Below, piece by piece: positions 10,303 through 21,001 of a DNA stretch of 64,000 nt. Numbering within the stretch: position 1 is the stretch's first letter; the number at the start of each line of letters is the position of its first letter. The notes under the pieces are model-generated. The model did not search any database. It saw nothing but the letters and a program-made list of their open reading frames with translations, and was not told the DNA's origin. Position numbers and translations under genes: made by a program. The stretch is from Candidatus Hadarchaeota archaeon. GTDB lineage: Archaea > Hadarchaeota > Hadarchaeia > Hadarchaeales > JAWBSP01. The stretch is from the NCBI GenBank assembly GCA_964474885.1, contig CAYYWO010000003.1, forward strand, positions 1 to 64,000. The letters are read 5' to 3'.

Positions 10303-11714
10303 AAACGCTCGAGTACTCGAGCATAAGCAGCATCTCCGGACCCCTGCTCGTGGTCGAGGGGGTGAAGGACGCCGCCTACGGGGAGGTCGTGGAGGTGACC
10401 GGACCGGACGGGAAGCGGAGGAGGGGGCAGGTGCTGGACACCCACGAGGGCAGGGCCGTGGTGCAGGTCTACGAGGGGACGACGGGTCTGGATACGAGGG
10501 GCACCAGGGTGAGGTTCACGGGGGAGACCGTGAAGTTCGGCGTGGGCCTGGAGCTCCTGGGCAGGATCTTCGACGGGAAAGGGGAGCCCGTAGACGGCAG
10601 TCCTCCCCCCATACCAGAGGAGAAGAGGGATGTGTACGGCTCCCCCTTGAACCCCGCCTCGAGGGAGTATCCGAGTGAGTTCATCCAGACGGGCATCTCC
10701 GCCATCGACGGGATGAACACCCTAGTCAGGGGGCAGAAGCTCCCCATCTTCTCGGCCTCGGGACTGCCACACAACCAGCTGGCTGCCCAGATCGCCAGGC
10801 AGGCCAAGATCCCGGGCAAGGAGGAGGAGTTCGCCGTGGTGTTCGCCGGGATGGGGCTGACGCATGCGGAAGCTACCTTCTTCAGGTCGGAGTTCGAGCG
10901 GACGGGTGCCTTGGAGCGGACGATCATGTTCCTTAACCTAGCCAGCGACCCCGCCATCGAGCGCATCCTGACCCCCAGGCTGGCCCTGACCTCCGCGGAG
11001 TACCTGGCCTTCGATCAGAACATGCACGTGCTGGTCATCCTGACGGACATGACCAACTACGCCGAGGCTCTGAGGGAGATCTCCGCGGCCAGGAGTGAGG
11101 TGCCTGGGCGCAGGGGGTATCCCGGGTACCTGTACACGGATCTCGCCACCATTTACGAGCGGGCGGGGAGGGTGAGGGGGAAGAAGGGATCCATAACCCA
11201 GATGCCCATCCTGACCATGCCCGGTGACGACATAACCCACCCCGTCCCCGACCTCTCGGGGTACATCACGGAGGGGCAGATCCTGCTGGACAGGGAGCTC
11301 CACCACAAGGGCATCTACCCGCCCATAAACGTCCTCCCCTCCCTCTCGAGGCTGATGAAGGATGGGGTCGGGCCCGGCAAGACCAGGGAGGATCACATGG
11401 AGCTCTCCAACCAGCTCTACGCCGCATACGCCGAGGGGAGGGATCTCAGGGCCCTCGTGGCCGTCGTAGGTCAGGAGGCCCTGACGGAGAGGGACAGGAG
11501 GTACCTGGAGTTCGCGGAGAGGTTCGAGAGGGAGTTCGTCAACCAGGGGCTCTACGAGAACAGGGAGCTGGAGCAAACCCTCGCCCTGGGCTGGAAGCTC
11601 CTGCGCTTGCTCCCCGAGAGCGAGCTGAAGAGGGTGAGGCCCGAGCTCATCCGGAAGTACCTGAAGGGGGAAACGGCTCAGAACTCAACATCCTCATCAT
11701 CCGGGTCAGGCTAG
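10299..11714 (+). CDS. atpB: A/V-type ATP synthase subunit B
   Basis: [25 protein letters not shown]. Confidence 0.98.
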   Translation: MKTLEYSSISSISGPLLVVEGVKDAAYGEVVEVTGPDGKRRRGQVLDTHEGRAVVQVYEGTTGLDTRGTRVRFTGETVKFGVGLELLGRIFDGKGEPVDGSPPPIPEEKRDVYGSPLNPASREYPSEFIQTGISAIDGMNTLVRGQKLPIFSASGLPHNQLAAQIARQAKIPGKEEEFAVVFAGMGLTHAEATFFRSEFERTGALERTIMFLNLASDPAIERILTPRLALTSAEYLAFDQNMHVLVILTDMTNYAEALREISAARSEVPGRRGYPGYLYTDLATIYERAGRVRGKKGSITQMPILTMPGDDITHPVPDLSGYITEGQILLDRELHHKGIYPPINVLPSLSRLMKDGVGPGKTREDHMELSNQLYAAYAEGRDLRALVAVVGQEALTERDRRYLEFAERFEREFVNQGLYENRELEQTLALGWKLLRLLPESELKRVRPELIRKYLKGETAQNSTSSSSGSG

Positions 11715-11899
11715 CCTTTACTTCATCGCCTCAAAGACTGGGAGACAGCCTTTTTAGCAGTTTCCAGAATCGAAGACATTTGTATGCACATGTGTGATAT
11801 ACCGAAGGTGACGGAACATTCCTTTAAACTGGGGAAGGTGGCAAAATTTTTTTTTTCGGTGCACATCCGCTCAGGAATTGTTAGTAATCCTCGATGTCG

Positions 11900-12900
11900 T
11901 CTTCAATCCCGACGGAGCTGGAGAACGAGGTCACGCTGATGGCCATGGGGCCCTTAGGGTTGGAGTGAAAACCAAATGAGGGACTACCCACTTATGGACA
12001 CCAGCTAGAGTTGGGGACCCCGTGCACTCCTGTCCTCCACTCTACTGCTGGAGAGTTACCGTAACGGCTGGCAACTTCGCGAGAAATATTTCAGACGATT
12101 TGAACGCCGTGGTCCCGAGCGGGCAAGAGGCGCCCGTCCCTATGTGGACAGCATCAGTGGGCCTTCGTCTGCCAGAAGCCGGACTACGGATAGTCACTAC
12201 ACGATTCTTCCTACTGAAATGCCTCCTAGGCATACTCACCGATGACATCCACGTAATCGCTCCTGAGCGCCATCGTCACGATGTTTCCTCCCGAGCCGGT
12301 GATCCATCCCGTGGCCGTCGCCGGTAGGTTCCCCCAGGCGTCTTGGCCTCTGCGAGGAGGCTGGGGGTATCCTTCTTCTGCCCGTCCCAGTACTCGTCCA
12401 CGTACCCGTACTTCCCAAAGACGGTGTAGTACTTCAGCCAGTAGTCGGAGTTCACGGGTAGTCCGCCTCAGCGGAGAGGAAACGGTGGCGGTGAGCGCAT
12501 CAAGTTTGAGGTAGAGCTTGGGGGTCGTATCCCATCCTTCCCAGCTGAGCTGCACCCACCCCTCCCTCGGCTCCAGTGCCGCACACCTCAATGATGTTTG
12601 CATGTCATGCCGTTCAAGCCCACGCTGTAGGTCCCCGAAATCTTGATCGCGGAGGGGTAGTGTCCTCTGGTCACGATCTTGAGCTTCCCCGGTAAATGCC
12701 CAGTCCGCGACTCCCATCTGCTCACCGTTTGGCTCCTGTGCACGGCTACCCAGACGGGTCTCCGTGCTGTCGTGCCAGATGTCGTTCACGTGTTCTGAAA
12801 GACCTCCCCATCAGCGTGAAGTGAGCAATAAAGCCGAGCAGGCTGAAGGATGCCGGGCATGACGGCGAACCAGGAGCCCGCGGCTCCCATTCTTTCTTTT
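11900..12900 (-). pseudogene. Degraded fragments of a probable secreted/surface protein gene
   Basis: Broken frames with protein-like stretches (e.g. DYWLKYYTVFGKYGYVDEYWDG) but no intact ORF. Confidence 0.3.
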
Positions 12901-13062
12901 CGAAGTCAGGTTCAAAGAGCAACGCATGATTAGCTTTACTTACAGCCTACTCTCTCCACTTTTAGGGGGGTAAGTTTCAACCTCTGGTGGTGACGGCCTC
13001 GCTGCAGGTCAGGGCATACGCAATAAGGCACACGAGCTAAGAGGGAAGCTGAAGGAGGGCTG

Positions 13063-13508
13063 GCTCATCCTCAAGGACGACTCGCTCATCCTGACCTTCA
13101 GGGAGGTCCGCGCCCAAGGACCGTCAGCGGCTAGCATGGGACTCGAAGGAGGCATCCCTCGACGCCTTCGACCCGGCGAACTGGTCGCAGCTACGAGCCA
13201 TGCTACAAGGCACGCGTCGGCGAGCCCCTCGACCCGCACGACTCCACCAGGTGGGGAACTCAACGAAGCCCCGAAAGGAGCTACCTCCGGGTGCGGAGCG
13301 TGCGGGCTGGGATTGACAGGCAGCTGAACGCAGCAGTAACCTTTACCTTCAGATGGAGGGACTCCCCCACGACCCGGAGTGGTTCGATAGGGTCGTGGGG
13401 TTCGTCCTGACAGGGGAGGAGCGTGAGGAGGTCCCTGTGAACCCTCGAGGGGGCCGAGCGCGATGATTCCCGAGAAAAACGGTACGTTTGTTACCGTTTT
13501 TAAGAACC
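13063..13508 (+). mobile_element. Decayed IS200/IS605-type (TnpB) element remnant, copy 1
   Basis: CGACG followed by DRQLNAAV (13315-13338; TnpB Zn finger/RuvC-III-like), terminal hairpin 13475-13501; near-identical inverted copy at 45023-45468. Confidence 0.75.
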
Positions 13509-13565
13509 GATTTATGCCTTTGGTTCGTTGCCATAAAAAATAAATCTTCCCGCGTCCGTGCTAAG

Positions 13566-14837
13566 ATGCCCAGGTTCAGAGGGGGGGTTCACCCGCCGGA
13601 GAGCAAGCTCACCGCCCACCTCGCGATAAAGCCCGCTCCGCTCCCTAAGCGTGTCGTCATACCCCTCAGGCAGCACATAGGCGCGCCCTGCGAGCCCACC
13701 GTGAGGGTTGGGGAGAGGGTCAAGACGGGGCAGAAAATCGGGGACAGCAGCGCGAAGGTGTCTTCCCCCGTGCACTCCTCCATAACCGGTACGGTTAGCT
13801 CGATCTCCCCCGCCCTTAGCCCAGCCGGGGTGACGGTGAACTGCATCACCATCGAGGGGGATGGCACCGACAAGCACGTGAGGCTGCCTCGCCTCAGCCC
13901 GGATGCCCCCAGGGAGCTGCTACTGGAGAGGATTAGGGAGGCAGGGATAGTGGGCATGGGGGGTGCGGGATTCCCCACGCACGTGAAGCTGAATCCCCCC
14001 AAGCCCGTGGACACCCTGATAGTGAACGGGGTAGAGTGCGAGCCCTTCATCACCTGCGATCACAGGCTGATGGTCGAGCACTGCGAGCACATCCTGGAAG
14101 GGGCGAAGATAGTCGCCAGGATCCTGGGGGTGGAGAGGGTGATCATCGCCATCGAGGACAACAAGCCGGATGCCATCGAGCGGATGAGGAGGGAGGCCGA
14201 GGGATTCGCCCGGGTCGTTCCCCTGAAGACGAGGTACCCGAGGGGTGACGAGAGGCACCTGATAAAATCCCTGCTCGGGAAGGAGGTGCCGGCCGGGGGC
14301 CTGCCCTTCGATGTCGGGGTGGTCGTGCAGAACGTTGCCACCCTGAAGGCGATCAGGGATGCAGTGCTGGAGGGGAAGCCCCTGATCGAAAGGGTCGTGA
14401 CCGTAACGGGGGATGTGAGCGAGCCGGGAAACTTCCTCGTCAGGATAGGGACTCCCATCTCGGAACTCCTGAAGCTCTGCGGGGGAGGAGAGCCCGCCAA
14501 GCTCATAGCCGGCGGGCCCATGATGGGGGTTGCCCTCCCAGCCGATGCCCCCATCGTGAAGACCACAGGGAACGTGCTCGTCATGCGGGAGGTCAGGGAA
14601 GAGGAGGAGCGCCCATGCATAAGGTGCGGCAGGTGCGTGGATGTGTGCCCTATGGGCCTAATGCCCACCCTCCTCGCCAAGTTGGTTAGGGCCTCAAAGT
14701 GGGAGGAGTGCCTGAAGAACGACATCCTGAGCTGCGACGAGTGCGGGTGCTGTGCCTACATCTGCCCCTCCAGGCTGCCGCTCGTCCAGCTCATGCGGAC
14801 GGGAAAAGCAAAAGCCATGGCACTGTTGAAAAGATGA
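13566..14837 (+). CDS. rnfC: Rnf complex subunit C
   Basis: FRGGVHPP, GMGGAGFPTHVKL, NGVECEP, two CxxCxxCxxxCP clusters. Confidence 0.95.
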   Translation: MPRFRGGVHPPESKLTAHLAIKPAPLPKRVVIPLRQHIGAPCEPTVRVGERVKTGQKIGDSSAKVSSPVHSSITGTVSSISPALSPAGVTVNCITIEGDGTDKHVRLPRLSPDAPRELLLERIREAGIVGMGGAGFPTHVKLNPPKPVDTLIVNGVECEPFITCDHRLMVEHCEHILEGAKIVARILGVERVIIAIEDNKPDAIERMRREAEGFARVVPLKTRYPRGDERHLIKSLLGKEVPAGGLPFDVGVVVQNVATLKAIRDAVLEGKPLIERVVTVTGDVSEPGNFLVRIGTPISELLKLCGGGEPAKLIAGGPMMGVALPADAPIVKTTGNVLVMREVREEEERPCIRCGRCVDVCPMGLMPTLLAKLVRASKWEECLKNDILSCDECGCCAYICPSRLPLVQLMRTGKAKAMALLKR

Positions 14838-15742
14838 AACGACTTATCGTCTCCCCCCCGCCCCACATCCGTGCCCGTCTCTCCTCCGACATCATCATGC
14901 TCTCCGTTATCCTGGCCCTCCTCCCCGCTACGGGCTGGGGGGTTTACGTTTTCGGGCTACATGCGCTGGAGGTCATCCTAGTCTCTATAGCATTCGCCCT
15001 CCTCTCCGAGGTTTTGGGATGCAAGCTGGCTGGTATCAGGCCCGACATATCCGCCGCCCTCACGGGGCTCCTGCTCGCCCTCTGCCTCCCTCCCTCCGTT
15101 CCCCTCTGGCTCCCAGCCGTCGGATCTACCTTCGCTATTTTAGCCGGGAAGATCGCCTTCGGGGGGACGGGAAAAAACCTCTTCAACCCGGCCTTGGTGG
15201 GGAGGGCCTTCCTGGCCCTTTCTTGGCCCGCCCTCGTGGCTCCGGCTGCCTGGCCTGCCCCCCTGCAGACGACCTCCTCCGCAACTCCTCTCAACGTGTG
15301 GTGGCACGAGGGTGTGCAAGCTTGGCCGGTCTGGGACATGTTCTGGGGGTACAGGCCGGGCTGCATAGGTGAGATATCCCCTTTTCTCCTGCTGGTAGGA
15401 GCTCTTCCTCTCATCTGCCTCAAGATCATCGACTGGAGGATCCCCCTGTCCTACCTAGGCACCGTGGGGTTGCTCGCCCTCGCCTTGGATGAGCCCGTTA
15501 TTTTCCACCTGCTCGCCGGGGGCCTGTTTCTAGGAGCTTTCTTCATGGCGACGGACTACGTCACTTCCCCCGTTACCCCAAGAGGGAAGCTCGTCTTCGG
15601 GGCGGGATGCGGAGTATTGACAATGATCATACGTAAGTTCGGGTCCCTGCCCGAGGGTGTGTGCTACTCAATCCTCGTGATGAATGCTTTCGTCCCGCTG
15701 ATCGAAAGAGTTACCAAACCCAGGGTCTACGGTAAGGCTTAA
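14834..15742 (+). CDS. rnfD: Rnf complex subunit D
   Basis: PPHIR, FGGTGKNLFNPALVGR, SSATPL FMN site, FMATDYVTSP. Confidence 0.95.
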   Translation: MKRLIVSPPPHIRARLSSDIIMLSVILALLPATGWGVYVFGLHALEVILVSIAFALLSEVLGCKLAGIRPDISAALTGLLLALCLPPSVPLWLPAVGSTFAILAGKIAFGGTGKNLFNPALVGRAFLALSWPALVAPAAWPAPLQTTSSATPLNVWWHEGVQAWPVWDMFWGYRPGCIGEISPFLLLVGALPLICLKIIDWRIPLSYLGTVGLLALALDEPVIFHLLAGGLFLGAFFMATDYVTSPVTPRGKLVFGAGCGVLTMIIRKFGSLPEGVCYSILVMNAFVPLIERVTKPRVYGKA

Positions 15743-16554
15743 CCTGTTAAGGCTGCCAGCAGGCGCCTGGTGGTCTCCCTCACCTCCCTCTCCTCAATGG
15801 GCACGTAGGGCAAATCCGCCTCTCCTGCCACAACAGAGGCGAGGTGCCTTATGGCTTGGGAGGCGGGGCTGCTGGGCTCATAAACGACCGCCGGCACCCC
15901 CTCCATCTCCGCCTCCCTCACTTTCGGGTCCTCCGGGATCTCGGCTAGGATAGGTATGCCCTTCACCGCCCTGTCCATGAAAGCCTGAACCTCGCTCCTG
16001 TCTAGGTACTCTCCGCCGACACGGTTGAGTACAAGCCCCCTTGGCCAGGTTCTGAGGAGGTTAGCCAGCCTCACAGTCTTGTAGCAATCCACCAAGCTTG
16101 GGTAGGAGGGTAGGCTCACGGCTATCGTCTCCCTAGAAGCAGCCAAGGAGAAGATGGTCGCCTCCTGGATGCCTGCAGGTGCGTCTATGAGGAGGATTTC
16201 AGTCCTGCTGAGCAGCTCTCTCACCACCTCCTCTACTCTCTCCCTCCTTACCTTTCCGAGCATCTCCTGGACGTCCTCAAACCTGAAGCCCGTGGGGAGG
16301 ACCTTGACCCCGTAGTTCTCGTAGAGGGCCTGTCCTATCTCCGCCTCCCCTTTGAGCACATCAAAGAGGGTCACATCGCACTTGCGGAGCCCCATGACGA
16401 TAGAGAGGTTCGCCATCGCCAGGTCCGCATCCATGATGACCACCTTCCTGCCCAGGGAGGCCAAAGAGACGCCCAGGTTGGCAGTCAGGGTGGTCTTTCC
16501 CGTCCCGCCCTTTCCCGAGCAAACTGAGATCGATCGGGGATGAGGCTTAGGCAT
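15739..16554 (-). CDS. minD: MinD/ParA-family ATPase (archaeal MinD-like)
   Basis: SGKGGTGKTT deviant Walker A, DADL, IDAPAG, IPEDPKVREA. Confidence 0.85.
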   Translation of the reverse strand: MPKPHPRSISVCSGKGGTGKTTLTANLGVSLASLGRKVVIMDADLAMANLSIVMGLRKCDVTLFDVLKGEAEIGQALYENYGVKVLPTGFRFEDVQEMLGKVRRERVEEVVRELLSRTEILLIDAPAGIQEATIFSLAASRETIAVSLPSYPSLVDCYKTVRLANLLRTWPRGLVLNRVGGEYLDRSEVQAFMDRAVKGIPILAEIPEDPKVREAEMEGVPAVVYEPSSPASQAIRHLASVVAGEADLPYVPIEEREVRETTRRLLAALTG

Positions 16555-16749
16555 TAATCACCACCCAGCTCCGGCTTGCCCGACACGACTGAAGCACAAC
16601 CTCTATAGGTGTGTGAATTCGGGCCCTTCCGGCCCTACTGAGTTTTTTTTGCATCCCAACTACGACCTTCTGCCATAAATCGGGAGAATTGAGGCAGACG
16701 GTTAAAAGCTGAGCTTTTACGTGATTTAAAAAGGACAACCCAAATATAA

Positions 16750-17097
16750 ATGACGGGGATTCTGAAAGAGCTCGGCTTGACCGAGGTGTTGGAGACTCTT
16801 TTCACCCATCTCTCATCCATCCCGAAGGCCATGGAGCTGAACGATCCTGAATTTGAACAGGCCTTCCAAAAATTCCTTTCGGATCCTAGGGTGAAGGAGG
16901 CCTTTGGGATTTTGAGAAGCATCAACCTAGAGCTGGTGGAGTGGCTCGATATCATACCTGCAGTTGCAGGCATGTCCTCTCCCTTTCTGACGGACATGTT
17001 CCAGAACGAGCGCACACGCGAGTACCTCTGCAACATCCTGCTGAGCTCTGCCAGGGTGCTGAGAGAGGCGCTAGCAATAGCGGTGGCGAAAAGATGA
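16750..17097 (+). CDS. Hypothetical protein
   Basis: 115-aa ORF, stop overlaps the next start. Confidence 0.6.
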   Translation: MTGILKELGLTEVLETLFTHLSSIPKAMELNDPEFEQAFQKFLSDPRVKEAFGILRSINLELVEWLDIIPAVAGMSSPFLTDMFQNERTREYLCNILLSSARVLREALAIAVAKR

Positions 17098-18425
17098 AGA
17101 AGAAATTAAACGTGCTCCTCTTGGGCTGGAACGGTGTGGACAACACAGGCTCAGAAGCGAAGCTCCTCGTCACCATCAACGACGTCAAAAAGGTGCTGGG
17201 GGATAGACTGGGAAAGCTCTACGTGCTTGTGGTCGGACCTTCGGATGAGCGCAGGTACATCAAGGACCCGGACGTCGAGATAATTTCCTTCTATCCGCTT
17301 TTCGAGGGAGGGCTGGAGAACTTTTACAGGCTCATATGGGGGGACATTTACGACATCGTGCTCCTATGCGAGGGCTCCACTTTCCTTGATACATACCACG
17401 ACGGCTTTCTCTGGCTCTTCTTGCTGGCAGCTAGGCTCCAGCACCTGAGGGGGAGGCACACCATCTCCTACTCCAACGATTGCAGCCCGATGAAGTTCTA
17501 CAACGCCCCCGCTGCGGCCAGAACCTTGAACAGGTGCATAGACCTGATCATGGTCAGGAACCCCGACGCGAAGAAGCGCATGCTCCAGTACGGGGTCAAA
17601 AAGGAAGTGCACGTGACGGCAGACGGTGCCTACCTCTACCCGACTCCTTCTCCAGAGTACAGGAGGAGCCTGATGGAGAGGCTGGGGCTGGGGAAGAAAC
17701 CCATGATCGCCGTCGCTCCCAAAGAGTTCTGGGGCCTCCTCCCAATCACCCCAAAGCTCTACCCAAGGGAGGGATACCCGAAGGTGGATGCCATGTGGAG
17801 GAAGGAATATGGCTATGCGCCCATGCTCTGCTCGAAACACTACCTGCCCGACTACTGGCTAGCAGTGGACACGAGGAGGAGGGAGCTGAGCGAGCGGTTC
17901 AAGCGGGATATGGCCAAGTTTTGCGATTACCTAGTTGAGGAGTTCGATGCGAATGTGCTACTGATCGGCATGGCCGCCTTCGAGGGAGACTGCCAGAATG
18001 CGAAGGAGATAACGGAGCGCATGAAACACAAGGATGAGGCCAGGTGGATACCGAGTTTCAAGTTCAACGTGGACGACATAAAAAGCCTGCTCGTCGAATC
18101 CCGCTTCCTCATCACAACGAGGTACCACGCCTCCGTTCTTTCATCCTCCGCTGGTGTCCCGATGATCGCCATCTCCTCGGATACGAGGCTGGAGGCTGTC
18201 TTCAGAGAACTCCGCCTCATGGACTTCTACATACCCGTGAGCGTCAAGCCGCCCAAGATGCCTGAGGATTTATACAGTGAGCTCGTGAAACGGATGGAGA
18301 AGCTCGTCAAGAAGGAGAAAGAGATAAGGGAGAGAATAAAGAAGCACGACAAGATCTTCGTGCAGAGGGCTCTGCAGAACCGAGAGCTCTTCAGGAGATG
18401 GGTGAGGGAGCATTTCGGTGATTAA
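17094..18425 (+). CDS. Polysaccharide pyruvyl transferase family protein
   Basis: GWNGVDNTGSEA, MVRN, VTADGA, TTRYHA motifs. Confidence 0.75.
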   Translation: MKKKLNVLLLGWNGVDNTGSEAKLLVTINDVKKVLGDRLGKLYVLVVGPSDERRYIKDPDVEIISFYPLFEGGLENFYRLIWGDIYDIVLLCEGSTFLDTYHDGFLWLFLLAARLQHLRGRHTISYSNDCSPMKFYNAPAAARTLNRCIDLIMVRNPDAKKRMLQYGVKKEVHVTADGAYLYPTPSPEYRRSLMERLGLGKKPMIAVAPKEFWGLLPITPKLYPREGYPKVDAMWRKEYGYAPMLCSKHYLPDYWLAVDTRRRELSERFKRDMAKFCDYLVEEFDANVLLIGMAAFEGDCQNAKEITERMKHKDEARWIPSFKFNVDDIKSLLVESRFLITTRYHASVLSSSAGVPMIAISSDTRLEAVFRELRLMDFYIPVSVKPPKMPEDLYSELVKRMEKLVKKEKEIRERIKKHDKIFVQRALQNRELFRRWVREHFGD

Positions 18426-18890
18426 ATGGGAGCGCTGAGGAACCTCCTGAGCCTGCTCACGCTGCCTTTCTCTCTGAGCAAAGTGATCTTCAGGCTGGAC
18501 AAGCGCCTCCTGCGCAGGTACCTTTCCTCCCTTGATCCGCGTTTGATAATGAGCCTCATCAAGCTCTTGGAGAAGCTGGGGCCCGACCTAACAGCCAAAT
18601 TCATAAACAATTTCCTCCTTTTCGCCGCCAGCTTTCAGGAGAAGATGAGTCAGTTCCTGAAGCCGGAGACAATAGAGGGGATAGAGCTGAGCGAGGATTT
18701 CAAGAGGAGTTTAGAGGGGTTCACGGTCGTGCACCCCGAGATCCTGCAATCGGTGGGCTCCTTCCTCGGGCTGATAGCAGGGAGAACTCTGCAGCGCATG
18801 CTCGAAAGCCAGGAGCTGAGGAGGGAGCTCGGGAAGCTCATTAAAAACCTCGGCTTGTTCCTAGAGGAGACCTACCGCGTCCCTCGGTAG
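18426..18890 (+). CDS. Hypothetical protein
   Basis: 154-aa ORF directly after the previous stop. Confidence 0.6.
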   Translation: MGALRNLLSLLTLPFSLSKVIFRLDKRLLRRYLSSLDPRLIMSLIKLLEKLGPDLTAKFINNFLLFAASFQEKMSQFLKPETIEGIELSEDFKRSLEGFTVVHPEILQSVGSFLGLIAGRTLQRMLESQELRRELGKLIKNLGLFLEETYRVPR

Positions 18891-18945
18891 TCCCAAAATT
18901 CTTTTCCGTTGTTCTAGGTTCTCCCAAAACTGAGCGGCAAAATTC

Positions 18946-19173
18946 TCACCTCAAGAACAGGTTCAGCAGGACGAAGAAGATAGCCAAGGATATGCCCACC
19001 GCTAACATGAGTTTGGCTATCCCCTCACTCGTGCCGAAGGCAATAGGGAAGGGTCCTATCAAAATAACCCCTCCTCCCTCAGCCCTCTCGGCACCCTTCA
19101 CGGCCCCAAAGAGGAGCAAGAGGAAGCCAGCCAAAATCAGGATCATGCCTGCCCCGATAGCCCAGAGTTCCAT
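18946..19173 (-). CDS. DUF131/TIGR00304 small membrane protein
   Basis: GGGVILIGPFPIAFGT signature. Confidence 0.85.
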   Translation of the reverse strand: MELWAIGAGMILILAGFLLLLFGAVKGAERAEGGGVILIGPFPIAFGTSEGIAKLMLAVGISLAIFFVLLNLFLR

Positions 19174-19199
19174 CAAAATACATCACTCTAAGGATTATT

Positions 19200-20582
19200 G
19201 TGAGGCTGACGGTCTACGGAGGTGCAGGGGAGGTAGGAGGCAACCAGATCCTCCTGCAAGAGAAGAGCACGAGCCTGATGCTGGATTTCGGGAGGAACTT
19301 CAACAGGGAGTCCAAGTACTTCACGGATCCCTTCCTCCAAGCTAGGGAGCTGGAGGACCTGCGCACGCTTGAGCTGCTGCCCCCTCTCGACTATCTTTAC
19401 AAGAAAGAGGGAGAGTCACCTGTATCCGCCATCCTCCTCAGCCATGCGCACTTGGATCACATGGACTACATCAGGTACATCAGGAATCCGCACGTGAGGG
19501 TCTGGGCCGGAGAGGGGACCTGGAGAATCATATGCGCTAGGGAGATAATCAGGCCCAGGAGAAGGGAGTACAGGCTGGCGGAGGCGCCGGGGAGGGAGCA
19601 CGAAAGGGAGGAGAAGGGGAGGCTGGATGGGATCCCCATTTACGTGAATTTCGGAAAGTTCAGAACAGGAGACGAATTTCAAGTTGGAGAGTTCAACGTC
19701 TGCCCCGTGCACGTGGACCACTCCGTCCCCGGATCCTACGGGTACATTATAGAGGGAAAAAACAAGCGCATCGCGTACACGGGGGACCTCAGGTTCCACG
19801 GCTTCAGGCCCGAGCTCTCGGAGGACTTCGTGAGGGAGGCAGAGGAGGTTGACCTGCTCATCATGGAGGGGACGAACGTCCTAGAGAACAAGCCCAGCTC
19901 GGAAAAAGAGGTTGAGGGAAAGGTCAGGCAAGTCGTGGAGAGGACGAAGGGGCTGGTGGCTGCCAGCTTCTCTTGCGTGGATGTGGACAGGATGAGAACA
20001 TTTTACAAGGTGGCGAGGGATGCGGGGAGGAAGTTTGTCATCTCCATGAAGCAGGCGCAGCTCCTAGATCTCATAAGGCCGGAAATAGAGAGAGGACGCC
20101 TGGAGTTCCCCTGGCTGGAGGACAGGAACTTCCTTATCTACTGCAGGGAGAAGGAGAGGTACATGGGGTGGGAGCAGGAGCTGATGGACAGGTACCAGTC
20201 CAAGATTGTCAGCGCGGAGCAGGTCTCCGAAAAGCAGAAGGAGGTACTGCTGTACGCCACTTACTACGACATGTTCGAACTCCTGGAGATAAAGCCCATG
20301 CCGGACTCCGTTTTCATTTACTCGGAAAGCGAGCCCTGGAACGAGGAAGGGGAAATAGAGTTCCAGAAGCTGGGGAACTGGCTGGAGCTGCTGGGCATGC
20401 CCCTGGTACAGGTGCACGCCTCGGGCCACGCGAGCGTGTTCGAGCTGAAGAGGCTGGTGCAGGAGCTCAAACCCGAGAAGGTGGTGATCGTGCACTCAGA
20501 CAGGCCCGAGCTCTTCAAGCGCTTCGTGGGGGACGAGGCGAGGGTGGTGGCCCCGCAATGGGGGAAGGAGATCGACTTCTAA
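19200..20582 (+). CDS. MBL/beta-CASP fold nuclease (RNase J-like)
   Basis: GGAGEVGGN, SHAHLDH, VDHS, YTGDLR, HASGH. Confidence 0.85.
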   Translation: MRLTVYGGAGEVGGNQILLQEKSTSLMLDFGRNFNRESKYFTDPFLQARELEDLRTLELLPPLDYLYKKEGESPVSAILLSHAHLDHMDYIRYIRNPHVRVWAGEGTWRIICAREIIRPRRREYRLAEAPGREHEREEKGRLDGIPIYVNFGKFRTGDEFQVGEFNVCPVHVDHSVPGSYGYIIEGKNKRIAYTGDLRFHGFRPELSEDFVREAEEVDLLIMEGTNVLENKPSSEKEVEGKVRQVVERTKGLVAASFSCVDVDRMRTFYKVARDAGRKFVISMKQAQLLDLIRPEIERGRLEFPWLEDRNFLIYCREKERYMGWEQELMDRYQSKIVSAEQVSEKQKEVLLYATYYDMFELLEIKPMPDSVFIYSESEPWNEEGEIEFQKLGNWLELLGMPLVQVHASGHASVFELKRLVQELKPEKVVIVHSDRPELFKRFVGDEARVVAPQWGKEIDF

Positions 20583-20628
20583 GTGTCTATAAGAGTTCTA
20601 CAAAACTATCACCCAATTGAGAGTTAAC

Positions 20629-20652
20629 TGTCTGTTACCATAGTAACAGACA
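20629..20652. repeat. 24-bp palindrome copy 1
   Basis: TGTCTGTTACCATAGTAACAGACA. Confidence 0.95.
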
Positions 20653-20727
20653 GCAAGAAACACAGACGTATCTGTAGATTGGGCCCCATGGGCCTGAAGA
20701 TAGCTGTCCTGAGGAAGAGCAAACATC

Positions 20728-20751
20728 TTGGTGAATAAATTGGTGAATAAA
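20728..20751. repeat. 12-bp tandem direct repeat x2
   Basis: TTGGTGAATAAA-TTGGTGAATAAA in an AT-rich intergenic region. Confidence 0.7.
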
Positions 20752-20945
20752 TCTGAAATACTAGCGAACCGATTTCGGGGACATGCCTGAAGGCTGTGAG
20801 TTGAGAAAGAAGGTTCAGGAGATGTGGGATTAAGAGTGAGCCTTTTTGGTTCAGGGGCGAGAGAAAGAGGTTTAGTTCCGTCTGATTGCGTGGTTTTAAA
20901 CCGATGACAAGAATCTATTTCTTCACTCCGAGCCCTCCGACGTTC

Positions 20946-20969
20946 TGTCTGTTACCATAGTAACAGAAA
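20946..20969. repeat. 24-bp palindrome copy 2
   Basis: TGTCTGTTACCATAGTAACAGAAA. Confidence 0.92.
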
Positions 20970-21001
20970 GCACCCGAAATAAAGTAGACAAGAAGTAAAT
21001 T

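Noticed and set aside
13475-13501. TnpB-end hairpin as another copy of the 24-bp palindrome
   Set aside because: Shares only TGTTACC; arms and spacer differ
15739-16554. MinD-like ATPase as a proven ParA of the palindrome system
   Set aside because: Looks like a generic archaeal MinD with no adjacent ParB/SegB gene; kept only as a candidate to test
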